Shown here: positions 1 to 9,660 of the stretch, in pieces
Numbering within the stretch: position 1 is the first letter of the stretch
How the letters are laid out: each line of letters begins with the position of its first letter
IMG/VR virus record: IMGVR_UViG_3300029705_000062
DNA length: 64,000 nt
DNA from: a virus
Reading direction: 5' to 3' (one strand)
The notes under the pieces: model-generated
What the model was told of the DNA's origin: nothing
Database searches by the model: none
Seen by the model: only the letters and a program-made list of their open reading frames with translations
Position numbers and translations under genes: made by a program

Positions 1-357
1 AAGATAACAGAGCCTTTAAACCTATGCGATACAAGAGCATAGAAGGAATAATAAATTAGTACACATGATAAAACAGGCTATACAGTGCAAGTAGTTCAAG
101 TCTTGCAAAGAGCAACAGAAAGAGCCAATCCCCTACAATTACCTAGATTTTAGCCGAAATCCCCACAGGGTTCGACATACCCACACCCCCAATGGTGTCG
201 GTTATTTAGTCAAGGAGACAATAACTAATGCTATTGAGTCCAAAAATATTTAGTTGTCCCCCAACTGTGGTATGGGAATACCCTTCTAAGGCTCACCTGT
301 AATGGTTTATTGTTCCGTTGAAGAATGCTATTTCTCAACTGTCTGTGTGTCATTTCC

Positions 358-654
358 TTAAGTTGTTTATACTTAAATAATAGCACCGTTTAATTTGATA
401 TGCAATAAAAATTTAAAAGTTTTTTCAAATTTTTTTAGTTAGTGTTTTAAGTGCTTTTATTAAGTTGTTTATACTTATATTATATCACTTTTTTTTAATT
501 ATATACCTACTTTTTAAAAATTTTTAAGATTTTTTTATTGGTGCTAGTAAGTATTAATTAAATGATAAATATTAAGTTATATTTATAGTATAGCAAATAA
601 TTAATAAAATATACCTATTAATTAATATTTTTTTAAAGTTTTTTATTGGTGCTA
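358..654. repeat. AT-rich ORF-free region with two pairs of direct repeats
   Basis: TTAAGTTGTTTATACTTA at 358-375 and 460-477. TTTTTTATTGGTGCTA at 531-546 and 639-654, each preceded by an ATATACCTA-type block. No ORF >=60 aa on either strand. Confidence 0.6.
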
Positions 655-860
655 TAAATACAAGGTAAAAAAGTATTAAATATATTGATATATCAATGAT
701 TATAACAATTTAATGATAAAATAGTATCTATATAATATAGTAACTATATAAACCAATATAAAAGATATATATAAAAGTATATAGTAGTTATTGGATATAA
801 GTATCTATATAATAACTATAGTTACTATATAGGATTATATAAAAAGTATTGGATTATATA

Positions 861-886
861 AAAGGACTTAAAAGTCCTTTTTTTAT
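861..886 (+). terminator. Rho-independent terminator-like hairpin in the ORF-free region
   Basis: AAAGGACTT / AAGTCCTTT stem followed by a T-run. No upstream CDS, which implies a non-coding transcript. Confidence 0.5.
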
Positions 887-1985
887 TGCTTTTATAGATT
901 AGATAATAAATAAAATAGATTAGATAAATAAATATAAAATAAATATAAAATAAATTATAGATGTATAATTATTAAATTTATCAGCTACTTAAAAAAATAT
1001 TTAATAGTATCATCAACTTATTTTTTTTATTGTTCAGTTACCAGTACCGAACATTTAAAAAAAATTCTATGTATTATCATTCACTTTTTTATTAATTGTT
1101 TATCAGGCGAACGGCTAAAACAGTCCACCAAATAAAAAAAGGGTAAAAGCTCCTAAAAGCTAAAAATTAAAAATATAGTATTTTCAATAGGTTTAAAGAT
1201 TTTAATATTAATTTCACATAATAATTAGTTATATGCAATTATATTTGGTAAACGGTAAATATTAATATCAGATAACCTTTTTTAAGTGTTTTTTTATGCT
1301 TTTTTAATTTGGGAAATAACGGGAAATGCAGATGGGGACTGGGTTTCAGAAATTCCGACAAATATTTTTTATTTTTTGACATAGTTATTCCAATTACAGA
1401 GAATGGGTATTTTTCAAGGCTAATATTTTTAAAAGCTAATATATTCAGGGGTAATATTATAGGGAGGGGGGTACTTTATAAAATACCTATATCATACTGA
1501 ATTTTACCCATACCACACTAATATAGGCTTAAAAATATTTACAAATAATACCAACACACCAAATAAAGCTCTAAATCAGGCTTAAAACAATTCTATACAT
1601 CTTAATGATAATTATATCAAACACTTCGATACCGACCTGTTACAGTCGAATATATTAAGGCAATATTTTTCAACTTTCTATTCGTTTTTAATTTTTAGCT
1701 ATTTTAAAAGTAATTTTATCGGATCAAACTCCAATTATTAATAAAATTCATAGGGATACTGAAATATAAATTTGATATATATAATGAGGGGACTATATTT
1801 TATTATTGAACCTAAGTTAATATACAGTAATAGGTTTGTATGTAAATCGAATATAAAAAAAGATGTGTAAAATTAGATCACACATCCCTAAAAAAATAAG
1901 TAAAAAATAAGCATAAACCTTGTAATAAACTTTCATAACAATAGCATTGTGAAACTATTATGTAATAACATCTAGAAGCATCTTT

Positions 1986-2029
1986 AAATAAAATAACACT
2001 CATTGGGAAAATAGAGTGTTATTTTATTT
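1986..2029. repeat. Perfect 16-bp-stem hairpin (possible bidirectional terminator)
   Basis: AAATAAAATAACACTC ... GAGTGTTATTTTATTT with a 12-nt loop. Confidence 0.45.
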
Positions 2030-2245
2030 AAATTTTATGATTAAAAAGAGACAAAATAAAATTATTCAATTTGAATACTAAAGAATATTCGTAACAATTT
2101 ATATTATACAATAGAAATAAATGGATGTAAATGATTTTTTTAATTATTTGCTTGGAAATACTTCTATATGCTATACTATACATACTATACAGGGAAGGAG
2201 GAGAGTTTCTTTTACCAATTACACAGCATAGAGGAACAGTATAAG

Positions 2246-3334
2246 ATGGGGAGAAAAGAATTTGAAAATCAGCTAGTTGAAGGTATTTTTACATCTAAAG
2301 AACTATGTTCAATGCTAGATTATAGCTATGAAACATTTAAAAGAAATAAGGGAAGAACATTTTTTTCAAAGTTAAGCAGGGTTTGTAATGTTGAAAAAAT
2401 TGGAAGTGGCAAAGGTGCAAAATATATTATATCAAATGTAACTAATGCTAATGTAGATATAAACAAAAGGAAAACTAGAGAAAATAAAGGTAGAAAGGAA
2501 TATAGGACTATGAGTGATTTATTTAAAGCACCTATTATACAACTTTTAATCAATAAAGATAATGGATCACACACTGGAACTTTTGACAATTGGCTAGTGT
2601 ACACAAGTTTAGTTCAAAAGGGATTTAGAAAACAACATGAGAAATTTTTAAAGGATTCAAAAACTTTAGGTGGTATGGAGAAAGATTTCTTTAATGTAGA
2701 AGGTCAATCTTTACACTATAATTTTGTACAAGCATTAGAAAAACTTAGAAAATCTAAACATATAGTTTGGTACAAAGTCCGTATGGTTGTTGAAAATGGG
2801 GTAGATGAAAATGGTGATGTGCTAGAAGTTCATAGAAGTATTAAAGATGATAATGAGTTATCTGCACTATTGGAATTTGAAAATAAATTTAACAAAAGAT
2901 ATGGAATAAAAGACCGTAATGATATTGTATATGGAAATCCCAAAGAAGGTATTAAAAGAAATACTACTTTACTAAAGGAATATGACAGGGAGCTAAAAAA
3001 AGAAATGTCCAAATCACTAGGATATAAAAGTACTTATACAGCATATATGGTTGCACTAAAAGATAATTCAGAAGAAAATAAAATGAAGTTACATTCAGAG
3101 TTTTGTGATTGTTTTGATATAAGCTTAATTAAAGATGATATATATCAATATAGATTAAAGAAAGCTGAACTTAGACAATCTAAAGCTAAAAGTCAAATGA
3201 CAAAAGGTTTTGGTGATAATAATATAATAGTTATGCTAAGTGAAACAGAAGTAAGACAGTTACAATATGAAAAGAAGTATGTTGCTGAATGGTTACAATT
3301 ATATAAAAAATATATACATAGATATGAAAAATAG
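2246..3334 (+). CDS. Hypothetical protein (362 aa from the ATG at 2246; ORF is open from 2168)
   Basis: Long ORF. GAGGAACAG RBS-like motif just upstream of ATG 2246. No motif I recognise. Confidence 0.6.
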   Translation: MGRKEFENQLVEGIFTSKELCSMLDYSYETFKRNKGRTFFSKLSRVCNVEKIGSGKGAKYIISNVTNANVDINKRKTRENKGRKEYRTMSDLFKAPIIQLLINKDNGSHTGTFDNWLVYTSLVQKGFRKQHEKFLKDSKTLGGMEKDFFNVEGQSLHYNFVQALEKLRKSKHIVWYKVRMVVENGVDENGDVLEVHRSIKDDNELSALLEFENKFNKRYGIKDRNDIVYGNPKEGIKRNTTLLKEYDRELKKEMSKSLGYKSTYTAYMVALKDNSEENKMKLHSEFCDCFDISLIKDDIYQYRLKKAELRQSKAKSQMTKGFGDNNIIVMLSETEVRQLQYEKKYVAEWLQLYKKYIHRYEK

Positions 3335-3356
3335 AAGCCATTGAGCTTCTATTTTG
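3333..3356 (+). terminator. Terminator-like hairpin after the 2246..3334 CDS
   Basis: AGAAGC ... GCTTCT stem overlapping the stop codon, followed by ATTTT. Confidence 0.45.
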
Positions 3357-3516
3357 TATTATAGCGATTTTAGTATTATATTAAAGAGATATATTTAAAA
3401 GAAAATATAATATAACTTTAACATTGGTCATAATTAAAGTTACAAGGGGTACTGTTGTTTTTCAACACTTAAAATTATATAGTAAATATTTAGAGAAGAC
3501 AACAAATGTTTTTATA

Positions 3517-3616
3517 TTTTAGGTGCTTTTATAAAAATGACATTGTAATATATATATAAATAAATGTAAAAGTATTATTATATTATACAATGTTAAAATT
3601 ATAAAAGCACCTAAAA
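3517..3616. repeat. About 100-bp long inverted repeat
   Basis: TTTTAGGTGCTTTTATAA (3517-3534) pairs with TTATAAAAGCACCTAAAA (3599-3616). Inner arms are ACATTGTA / TACAATGT. Confidence 0.6.
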
Positions 3617-3752
3617 ATTTAAAATATACTATTTACTTTCAATTATTTGTGTAGTAAACTATCCATAAAGAATGTTCTTCTTTTTAGAAGATTAATTTAT
3701 TTAATAAATATCCAATATTCCATTTTTTATGTTTAAGTAAATAGTAGATAAC

Positions 3753-3801
3753 AAAAAGCCAATTATAGTTTTTATATCAGTTTGACTATAATTGGCTTTT
3801 T
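3753..3801 (-). terminator. Terminator of the minus-strand operon
   Basis: 16-bp stem AAAAAGCCAATTATAG / CTATAATTGGCTTTTT. On the minus strand it is followed by a T-run, directly after the stop of 3804..4739. Confidence 0.7.
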
Positions 3802-3803
3802 GT

Positions 3804-4739
3804 TTATATTTCAAATGTATCATAACAATCTATTGATGTTAAATTTACTTCACTTGCACTATCTATTAGAATAATATCATTTGAATATTCATCTGTGCTT
3901 AAGCAGTAAGTTTTACTTGATTCACCTAGAAGATTGCATTTAATATAATCTATCTCCCTATCAGTTGGTTTTCTGTCATAGTTTAATATTCTTAATTTAT
4001 TTATTCCATCTTCATTATATACATGAATATTACAACCAGTATTGGTGAAGTAACAGTTATCATCTGATTTAAATATATTAATTTTTTCTGTTAAATCTAT
4101 TGTTGGATTTATTTTTTTTCTTTTCAATAAAGCTACTCTTGAAGTTGATCTACCCTTTATTCCTGTTTTTATTTTTTCAATATCTTTGTTAGGATAGCAT
4201 CTATGTATGAAACTTGCCAAGCTTCTATACCTACTTCTTATAATTTTTCTATATACTAAATCATCTTCTTGTGAGTCAACTATTCTAATTAGACCAACAA
4301 CATTATCTTCATTTAGACCAAGATGTTCTTCTATATACCACTTAGGGAAAGCTTCTTCCAAAGGTATTTCTCCTTCCCATAGTCCTTTTCCAAACCAAAG
4401 CTCATTACAGATTATTGGCATTTTATATGGATGTACTTCAGGGAAGATTTTTTTAAACATAACTTCAAGCCTATTTTTAAATAAAATAGAATAAGGTGTT
4501 ACAAGCTTCGCTTCCATGATAAGTTTTTTTGATATTATTTTATAAGGTATTTCATCTTTGGGATATTCTAAAACTTCATGTATATAGTAAAGTAAAAATC
4601 TTTTAAATTGAAGTTCATCCCCTTCCCCACTTTTCTCCCAGTATCCACTAGGGAAAGATTTTTGTTTTCCTTCTAAGATATATTTATACATATTCAATTG
4701 CATTTCTTTTTGTTCTTCTTCAAAGCTTTTAAATATCAT
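3804..4739 (-). CDS. Hypothetical protein, 311 aa
   Basis: Long ORF, co-oriented with and 57 nt downstream of 4797..5381. No recognised motif. Confidence 0.6.
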   Translation of the reverse strand: MIFKSFEEEQKEMQLNMYKYILEGKQKSFPSGYWEKSGEGDELQFKRFLLYYIHEVLEYPKDEIPYKIISKKLIMEAKLVTPYSILFKNRLEVMFKKIFPEVHPYKMPIICNELWFGKGLWEGEIPLEEAFPKWYIEEHLGLNEDNVVGLIRIVDSQEDDLVYRKIIRSRYRSLASFIHRCYPNKDIEKIKTGIKGRSTSRVALLKRKKINPTIDLTEKINIFKSDDNCYFTNTGCNIHVYNEDGINKLRILNYDRKPTDREIDYIKCNLLGESSKTYCLSTDEYSNDIILIDSASEVNLTSIDCYDTFEI

Positions 4740-4796
4740 ATGTAAACTCTCCTTTCCTATATATGGTATTATACATCATTAGGAAAGGAGCAACAA

Positions 4797-5381
4797 CTAG
4801 AAGTAGTTTAAGAATACTTTATCAAAGTCTTCTAGTGTGAATTTTAATTTAATGACTTCAAGCTCTTTAAATATATCTCTTCTTCTTCTATTACTAATGC
4901 TAATTATAGGAGGAGGAAGAAACCCATACTCTTTAAAGGCTCTATAATATTTTGCTGTAGTAAGTTCCTTTGTATTGTCTACTTCAATAAAAAACTCATA
5001 TTCAACTCCATCTTTTTCTATTGTTATAATTGCATCAGGTATTAGTGTAAATTTACCTTCTTCAAGGACAAACCTCTTTTCTCTTTCTATATAAGTTACA
5101 TTTAAGTCACTGGTAATACACCTTGTATAAAACTCACTTATAGCTAAGATAGATTGAACTTGCTTAGGTTTTTTACCTAGATAATATAGATATGGACTCC
5201 AATTATCTTTTCTAAATCTTTTTAGTTTCTTATGGTCAACAAGTTTCTTACATCTATGTGCTTGAGCCTGTTGACTAGAGTAAAATAACCTTTCTATCTG
5301 AGTTGCAGACATTAATCTTAGTGTATCTACAGTTTGGATGATTTCATAATCTCTTTGTGTCATAACAATCAATCTAATCAA
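4797..5381 (-). CDS. Replication-relaxation family-like protein (N-terminal winged-helix); start uncertain (TTG/ATG options)
   Basis: N-terminus TQRDYEIIQTVDTLRLMSATQIERLFY...KKLVDHKKLKRF resembles the Replic_Relax architecture as I recall it. The similarity was not computed. Confidence 0.4.
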   Translation of the reverse strand: MIRLIVMTQRDYEIIQTVDTLRLMSATQIERLFYSSQQAQAHRCKKLVDHKKLKRFRKDNWSPYLYYLGKKPKQVQSILAISEFYTRCITSDLNVTYIEREKRFVLEEGKFTLIPDAIITIEKDGVEYEFFIEVDNTKELTTAKYYRAFKEYGFLPPPIISISNRRRRDIFKELEVIKLKFTLEDFDKVFLNYF

Positions 5382-5527
5382 CCCCTTTAAATTATAGTAT
5401 TCATATTATTAAAAAAATTTACTAATTTATCCAAAAATGGATATGAAAAAAATTCAGGAACGAGCATTTGTTTTTAGAGGGGTTAGTTGGAAAGGGAGAG
5501 GATAAAACGTATCTCCCTTTTAGTGCT

Positions 5528-5642
5528 TGGACAATTTAAGTGTGTTGGGGATACTAGGTTTGGTTAATTTTGGACAATGTATGATGAACAAGACAGTCGA
5601 ACAACCAGTGGTACAATAGAGTGGAACAATAAGAGCTACAAT
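5528..5642. promoter_or_regulatory. Array of TGGNACAAT-like motifs in a divergent intergenic region
   Basis: TGGACAAT at 5528 and 5571, TGGTACAAT at 5608, TGGAACAAT at 5622, GCTACAAT at 5635, plus degenerate GAACAA copies. Confidence 0.3.
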
Positions 5643-5735
5643 AAAAATATTAAAAATAATAGGAAAGTTTTTTTACTTTGAGCATAGTATGTAATGTAGA
5701 AATAGTTAATACACAAACAAAGGAGAAGATCAAAG

Positions 5736-6170
5736 ATGATACAAGAGCTAAGTAAATTACAATGTTTAAAAACATATAAGAAAGTTAATATTACTTTCTT
5801 AAAGGATGAAACTAATGACTACATTGAAAATCTTCAAATGTTAGTTTTTTTAGAAGGGTTTGAAAAACCAGTATATGCAACTAAGCTAAATGTATTTGAA
5901 TTTTATGATAAAACTGTTTATGAAACAGAAAGATATTGGGTGAATGTTCCTTTTATTAATGGTACTATAACTAAAAAGGAAGTTAGAAAAATAAGATTAA
6001 AAGATAGTGAACTTAATAGGTTAAGAAAGTTTCTATCTAAATTTAATCTTAGAACAATAAATCTTGTTTTTGGGGAAGTTATGCATAACTTAAATAAGTT
6101 AGATGCTTCAAAGTTTAGTAATAAACCTGTTGGAAAAACAAGAGAAAAGGTGCAGGTATTCATTCCTTAA
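5736..6170 (+). CDS. Hypothetical protein, 144 aa
   Basis: ORF with an AAGGAGAAG RBS 8 nt upstream. Confidence 0.6.
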   Translation: MIQELSKLQCLKTYKKVNITFLKDETNDYIENLQMLVFLEGFEKPVYATKLNVFEFYDKTVYETERYWVNVPFINGTITKKEVRKIRLKDSELNRLRKFLSKFNLRTINLVFGEVMHNLNKLDASKFSNKPVGKTREKVQVFIP

Positions 6171-6421
6171 AGTTACATTATTTAATTATAGTAAACCTAA
6201 TTGTATAATCTAGTGTGGCTATAGATGTCCACCAATAGATATATACTAGAGGTTTATCATAATATAATAGTGTAAATGAAAGGGCAGATTACCTGCTCTT
6301 TTTATTTATGAAAATAAATGGAATAATTATCACAAATCTATTCAAATAAATTAAAAAAAGATATACTAAGTAATGAAAAAAAGTATTTATTAAGTATAAA
6401 AAATGCAGGGAGAAGTAATAA

Positions 6422-6739
6422 ATGAATAAAGAAAAAATAGAAGTTAGATTAAAACTAACAGAAGATAAGTTAAAATTAATAGAGGGAATTAGAGATATTG
6501 ATAAAAAAACAAGTAAAAGCCTAATCATTACAGGAGGATTTGTTTTAGCTTCAATGATTATTTCTTCACTTATATCAGATAAATTAAATGCATTTAATGT
6601 ATTTTTAATATCTTTATTAACAATATCATTACACAAAGTTATTAGTGATTATATTGTAAATAAGAGAAAAAATGAGCATGATATAAAAATAGTTAAAATG
6701 GAAAAAGAATACTATGAATCAATTTTAAAAGAAATGTAA
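6422..6739 (+). CDS. Small membrane protein, 105 aa
   Basis: Hydrophobic stretches LIITGGFVLASMIISSLI and VFLISLLTISL. GGGAGAAG RBS. Confidence 0.55.
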   Translation: MNKEKIEVRLKLTEDKLKLIEGIRDIDKKTSKSLIITGGFVLASMIISSLISDKLNAFNVFLISLLTISLHKVISDYIVNKRKNEHDIKIVKMEKEYYESILKEM

Positions 6740-6759
6740 TATGGAGGATTGAATAGAAA

Positions 6760-7035
6760 ATGAAGGTTTTAAAGTTAGATTGTAATACACTAGAAATACT
6801 TGATATTTATAAATCTTTAAGTGAAGCCAGTAGAGTTGTTGGCTGTAAACCTGCTTGTATTAGAGAAGCATGTGTTTGGACACATAGAGGAAGAAGAGCT
6901 AAAGGATTTAGATGGTTTGCTATGGATGAAAGAACTGGGTTAAATCACTATGATATTAGAAAAAATGAAAAAGGAGAGAATCTTTCTTTGGAGGAAGTTA
7001 AGGAAATTATAAAATATATCAGCAATAATAAATAA
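6760..7035 (+). CDS. Small DNA-binding protein resembling homing-endonuclease NUMOD/IENR-type modules
   Basis: YKSLSEASRVVGCKPACIREAC...AKGFRWF matches the 'S..eAar.lg.....I...c......Gf.W' pattern of free-standing endonuclease DNA-binding modules (from memory). Confidence 0.4.
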   Translation: MKVLKLDCNTLEILDIYKSLSEASRVVGCKPACIREACVWTHRGRRAKGFRWFAMDERTGLNHYDIRKNEKGENLSLEEVKEIIKYISNNK

Positions 7036-7046
7036 ATAAAAAACAT

Positions 7047-7085
7047 AAAAACCCCTTGATTTTAACTTATCAAGGGGTTTTTTAT
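7047..7085 (+). terminator. Rho-independent terminator
   Basis: AAAACCCCTTGAT ... ATCAAGGGGTTTT stem plus a T-run. Confidence 0.8.
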
Positions 7086-7213
7086 AGCAATACAGGTTTC
7101 CTGTTAATTAAAGCACTAAATTTATTATACATAAAAAGTAAAAAATAGGAAACTTTATTAAAAAGTCGCATATAAATAAAGTATAAAAAATAAAAACAAA
7201 GGAGAAAATCAAA

Positions 7214-7660
7214 ATGATAATTAAACCATATGAAGAAGTTAATACTTGGAAAAGACATAATGTAGAAGTCTTTTTTATTAATGGAAAAGGAGAGGATGAA
7301 GAAGTTCTAAATAGAGAAAGTTTTATTAAGCTTAACAACCTAAAGAATATGAAGATGATTGTACTGTTTAATGGAGTAAGAGTTTATGAATCTAACAGTG
7401 GATCATTTAGTGTTCAGGAGTTCTCTTATAGACTTCTAAAGAGAAAAGGTATTTTTTTTAAAACTGTAAATTATGTAGTAGATGTTCTAGCATGGGAAGA
7501 TAAGCAAGAGTATGAACAGTTTATTAAATGGGCGGATCATTTTAGGGAGTCTAGAGTAATACAAGAGCTTGTAAAACTGAAGTTTATTGAAACCTATTGT
7601 AAAGAGGTAAACAATGAAGAAATCCAAAGACCTGAGATATTAAAGTATATTCAGATATAG
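7214..7660 (+). CDS. Hypothetical protein, 148 aa
   Basis: ORF with an AAGGAGAAAATC RBS. Confidence 0.6.
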   Translation: MIIKPYEEVNTWKRHNVEVFFINGKGEDEEVLNRESFIKLNNLKNMKMIVLFNGVRVYESNSGSFSVQEFSYRLLKRKGIFFKTVNYVVDVLAWEDKQEYEQFIKWADHFRESRVIQELVKLKFIETYCKEVNNEEIQRPEILKYIQI

Positions 7661-7807
7661 ATACTAAATAAAATTTCACATCACTCCTTATAGATGTGTA
7701 GTGATGTGAAATACTTATTACAGTATTTCCTATATTTGATATATAGATATATTAAAGGAATTAGATTTTAAATTAAAACTTTTTTACCAATAAGGAGGAT
7801 TAAACAG

Positions 7808-8029
7808 ATGTATGCAACTAAGTATTTGAAGGATACTTACCCTACTATAGAGGATGCCTGTTCTGAATTTACTTGGGATTATCTTGCAGATTTTATTCCA
7901 TGTCAGCTACAGGATTACATTGATTACCACAGATTTTTAAAAAATACCTTTGATGAATTAGAAATAGAAGAAACAAAGGATAGTTATATTTTCTTAAGTG
8001 AAACAGATTTTGAAGACTTATATCTTTGA
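7808..8029 (+). CDS. Small acidic hypothetical protein, 73 aa
   Basis: ORF with an AAGGAGGA RBS. Rich in D/E and aromatic residues. Confidence 0.55.
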   Translation: MYATKYLKDTYPTIEDACSEFTWDYLADFIPCQLQDYIDYHRFLKNTFDELEIEETKDSYIFLSETDFEDLYL

Positions 8030-8041
8030 AAAAGGAGAAAT

Positions 8042-8497
8042 ATGCAAATGAAAAATGAATTAGAGTTAAGAATTGGAGATTATATTTCTGAGCCAAATGA
8101 TGAAGAAATATACTCTAAAGAAGATTTTGTTTTATCTCAAATAGTAAGAAAAGGTAATAGATATACTAGATTGTTTGTTGAAAAACTTATTATTGAAGAT
8201 AAGCTATATGATACTGTTGATGAATTAAAGGAAAACTTACACAAGGATGCCTACCTTTATTATGTGGAAGATGACTTTGAGTTTAGTGTAGGAAGTTACT
8301 TGGTTTATAATTCTGATATTTGTAGTGATTACGAAATATTGGTAAAACAAGAAAATTCTAAGTTTAGGATTTTTATGTTAGAGTTTAATGATTATTATGA
8401 CGAAGAAGGTTTTGATACTTTAGAAGAAGTTGAGTCCTATTTAAGAAAAGGATTTAGTTTAATAAAAAAATTAAGGGTATCAACATGCAACTGTTAA
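8042..8497 (+). CDS. Acidic hypothetical protein, 151 aa
   Basis: ORF with an AAAGGAGAAA RBS. D/E-rich. Confidence 0.55.
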   Translation: MQMKNELELRIGDYISEPNDEEIYSKEDFVLSQIVRKGNRYTRLFVEKLIIEDKLYDTVDELKENLHKDAYLYYVEDDFEFSVGSYLVYNSDICSDYEILVKQENSKFRIFMLEFNDYYDEEGFDTLEEVESYLRKGFSLIKKLRVSTCNC

Positions 8498-8587
8498 GAT
8501 GGAAATAAAATTAAATATGAAATTTTTAGAAGTGCATTATATGGTGTGTGAGGGGGCATCATATAGTGGACTTCTACTTAAAATGTA

Positions 8588-8623
8588 AAAAAAAACTAGG
8601 TCTGACATCTGACCTAGTTTTTA
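8588..8623. terminator. Bidirectional terminator between convergent genes
   Basis: AAAAACTAGGTC ... GACCTAGTTTTT, flanked by an A-run and a T-run. Confidence 0.7.
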
Positions 8624-8673
8624 AGTTTAAGAAAAAAATGATATAATTACAGAAGAATTAAAAAGATTGAATT

Positions 8674-9378
8674 TTATTCATTAATAACCTCAACCACATT
8701 ATTAATTCTATCTTTGATTTGGGTGGCAATACTTTCAACAGTATTGTCCCACTCAGAGTCAGAGCTATACATCTCATTTACGTTAGAAATAGATAAACCT
8801 TTATAAAACCTGCCTTGTGGATCAATATAATCTTTGCATAATAGTTCTGCTGTCTTCAAAATACTTTCATCTATTGATGAAAAAGAAGCACCTTTTGAAT
8901 TATCTGAATAGACAGCATACCCAGTAACATTGTTTTGTTTTAAAGTTCTGTTTGATGTCAACCAAGCACTTTCATTAGCTACAATGCCGATCATAACTAA
9001 TGAATTTATGTTATAGTGTTTCTCAACAGTTAGAAAGGAGTCAATACATGTAGATAGCTTTGTATCTTTTAATGCATAAGAAAGTTGTTCATATGTAACT
9101 CCACTTAGCTCAGTTATATTATTTGGATTGAAATAGACGAAGGAATTAAAACTTCCTTTTTTTTCTAGCTCATGCTCTAATGATACGATATTTTTATTCA
9201 TTCTGTCAATGGTTTTTTTCAATTCTTTGCTTGAGTCTTTTATTTCTTTATTTTCTTTTGTTAGAATATTTGTTTTTTCATTTAGTTTATTTATAGTATA
9301 TGCCTGATTAAATGAATAAACCATAGTAAATACAAGTAAAGTATTTAAAAAAATAATACTTGGTTTTTTAAATTTCAT
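8674..9378 (-). CDS. Membrane-anchored peptidoglycan hydrolase (glucosaminidase-type domain)
   Basis: Start chosen at MKFKKPSIIFLNTLLVFTMV (signal/TM segment) with a GAGGGGGAAT RBS. Coiled-coil linker. C-terminal IGIVANESAWLTS...NNVTGY resembles the glucosaminidase 'ESgwG.S....nN.fG' motif. Confidence 0.6.
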   Translation of the reverse strand: MKFKKPSIIFLNTLLVFTMVYSFNQAYTINKLNEKTNILTKENKEIKDSSKELKKTIDRMNKNIVSLEHELEKKGSFNSFVYFNPNNITELSGVTYEQLSYALKDTKLSTCIDSFLTVEKHYNINSLVMIGIVANESAWLTSNRTLKQNNVTGYAVYSDNSKGASFSSIDESILKTAELLCKDYIDPQGRFYKGLSISNVNEMYSSDSEWDNTVESIATQIKDRINNVVEVINE

Positions 9379-9493
9379 ATATTCCCCCTCTATTAAATAT
9401 TTATACGTTATTATAACACTATAATAAATTTGTTTTTTTTGCAAGGAAATCTTCAAGTTTTCATTAAAAAGACTGTAAAAATTGTTAAAAAAC

Positions 9494-9526
9494 AATAAAA
9501 ATCAATAATTATTATTGATTTTTATT
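9494..9526. promoter_or_regulatory. 33-bp palindrome in a divergent control region
   Basis: AATAAAAATCAATAAT-T-ATTATTGATTTTTATT, centred on 9510. Confidence 0.5.
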
Positions 9527-9614
9527 AAAAATTATTGATATTTAATAATTTTTAACAATTTTTAATAAATTTAAGAAATGAATCAAGGGTTAGAATTATT
9601 GATAATTATTAAAA

Positions 9615-9660
9615 ATTAACAATTATCAATAATAATTAACAATTATCAATAATAATTACT
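9615..9660. repeat. 20-bp tandem repeat ATTAACAATTATCAATAATA, about 2.3 copies
   Basis: Exact copies at 9615-9634 and 9635-9654, then a partial third. An AATTGTTAAT inverted copy lies at about 9664. Confidence 0.7.

Noticed and set aside
165-190. tRNA/tmRNA-like T-arm (AGGGTTCGACATACC)
   Set aside because: The flanks do not form a 5-bp T-stem or an acceptor stem, and no cloverleaf can be drawn by eye.
358-1000. Possible CRISPR array
   Set aside because: The repeats are few (2 copies each), differ in sequence and are irregularly spaced. They lack the 28-37-bp repeat/spacer regularity of a CRISPR array. The same conclusion applies to 9494-9660.
1309-1500. 63-aa ORF in the left non-coding region
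   Set aside because: No RBS and no recognisable features. It is isolated in AT-rich repeat DNA, so it is probably not coding.
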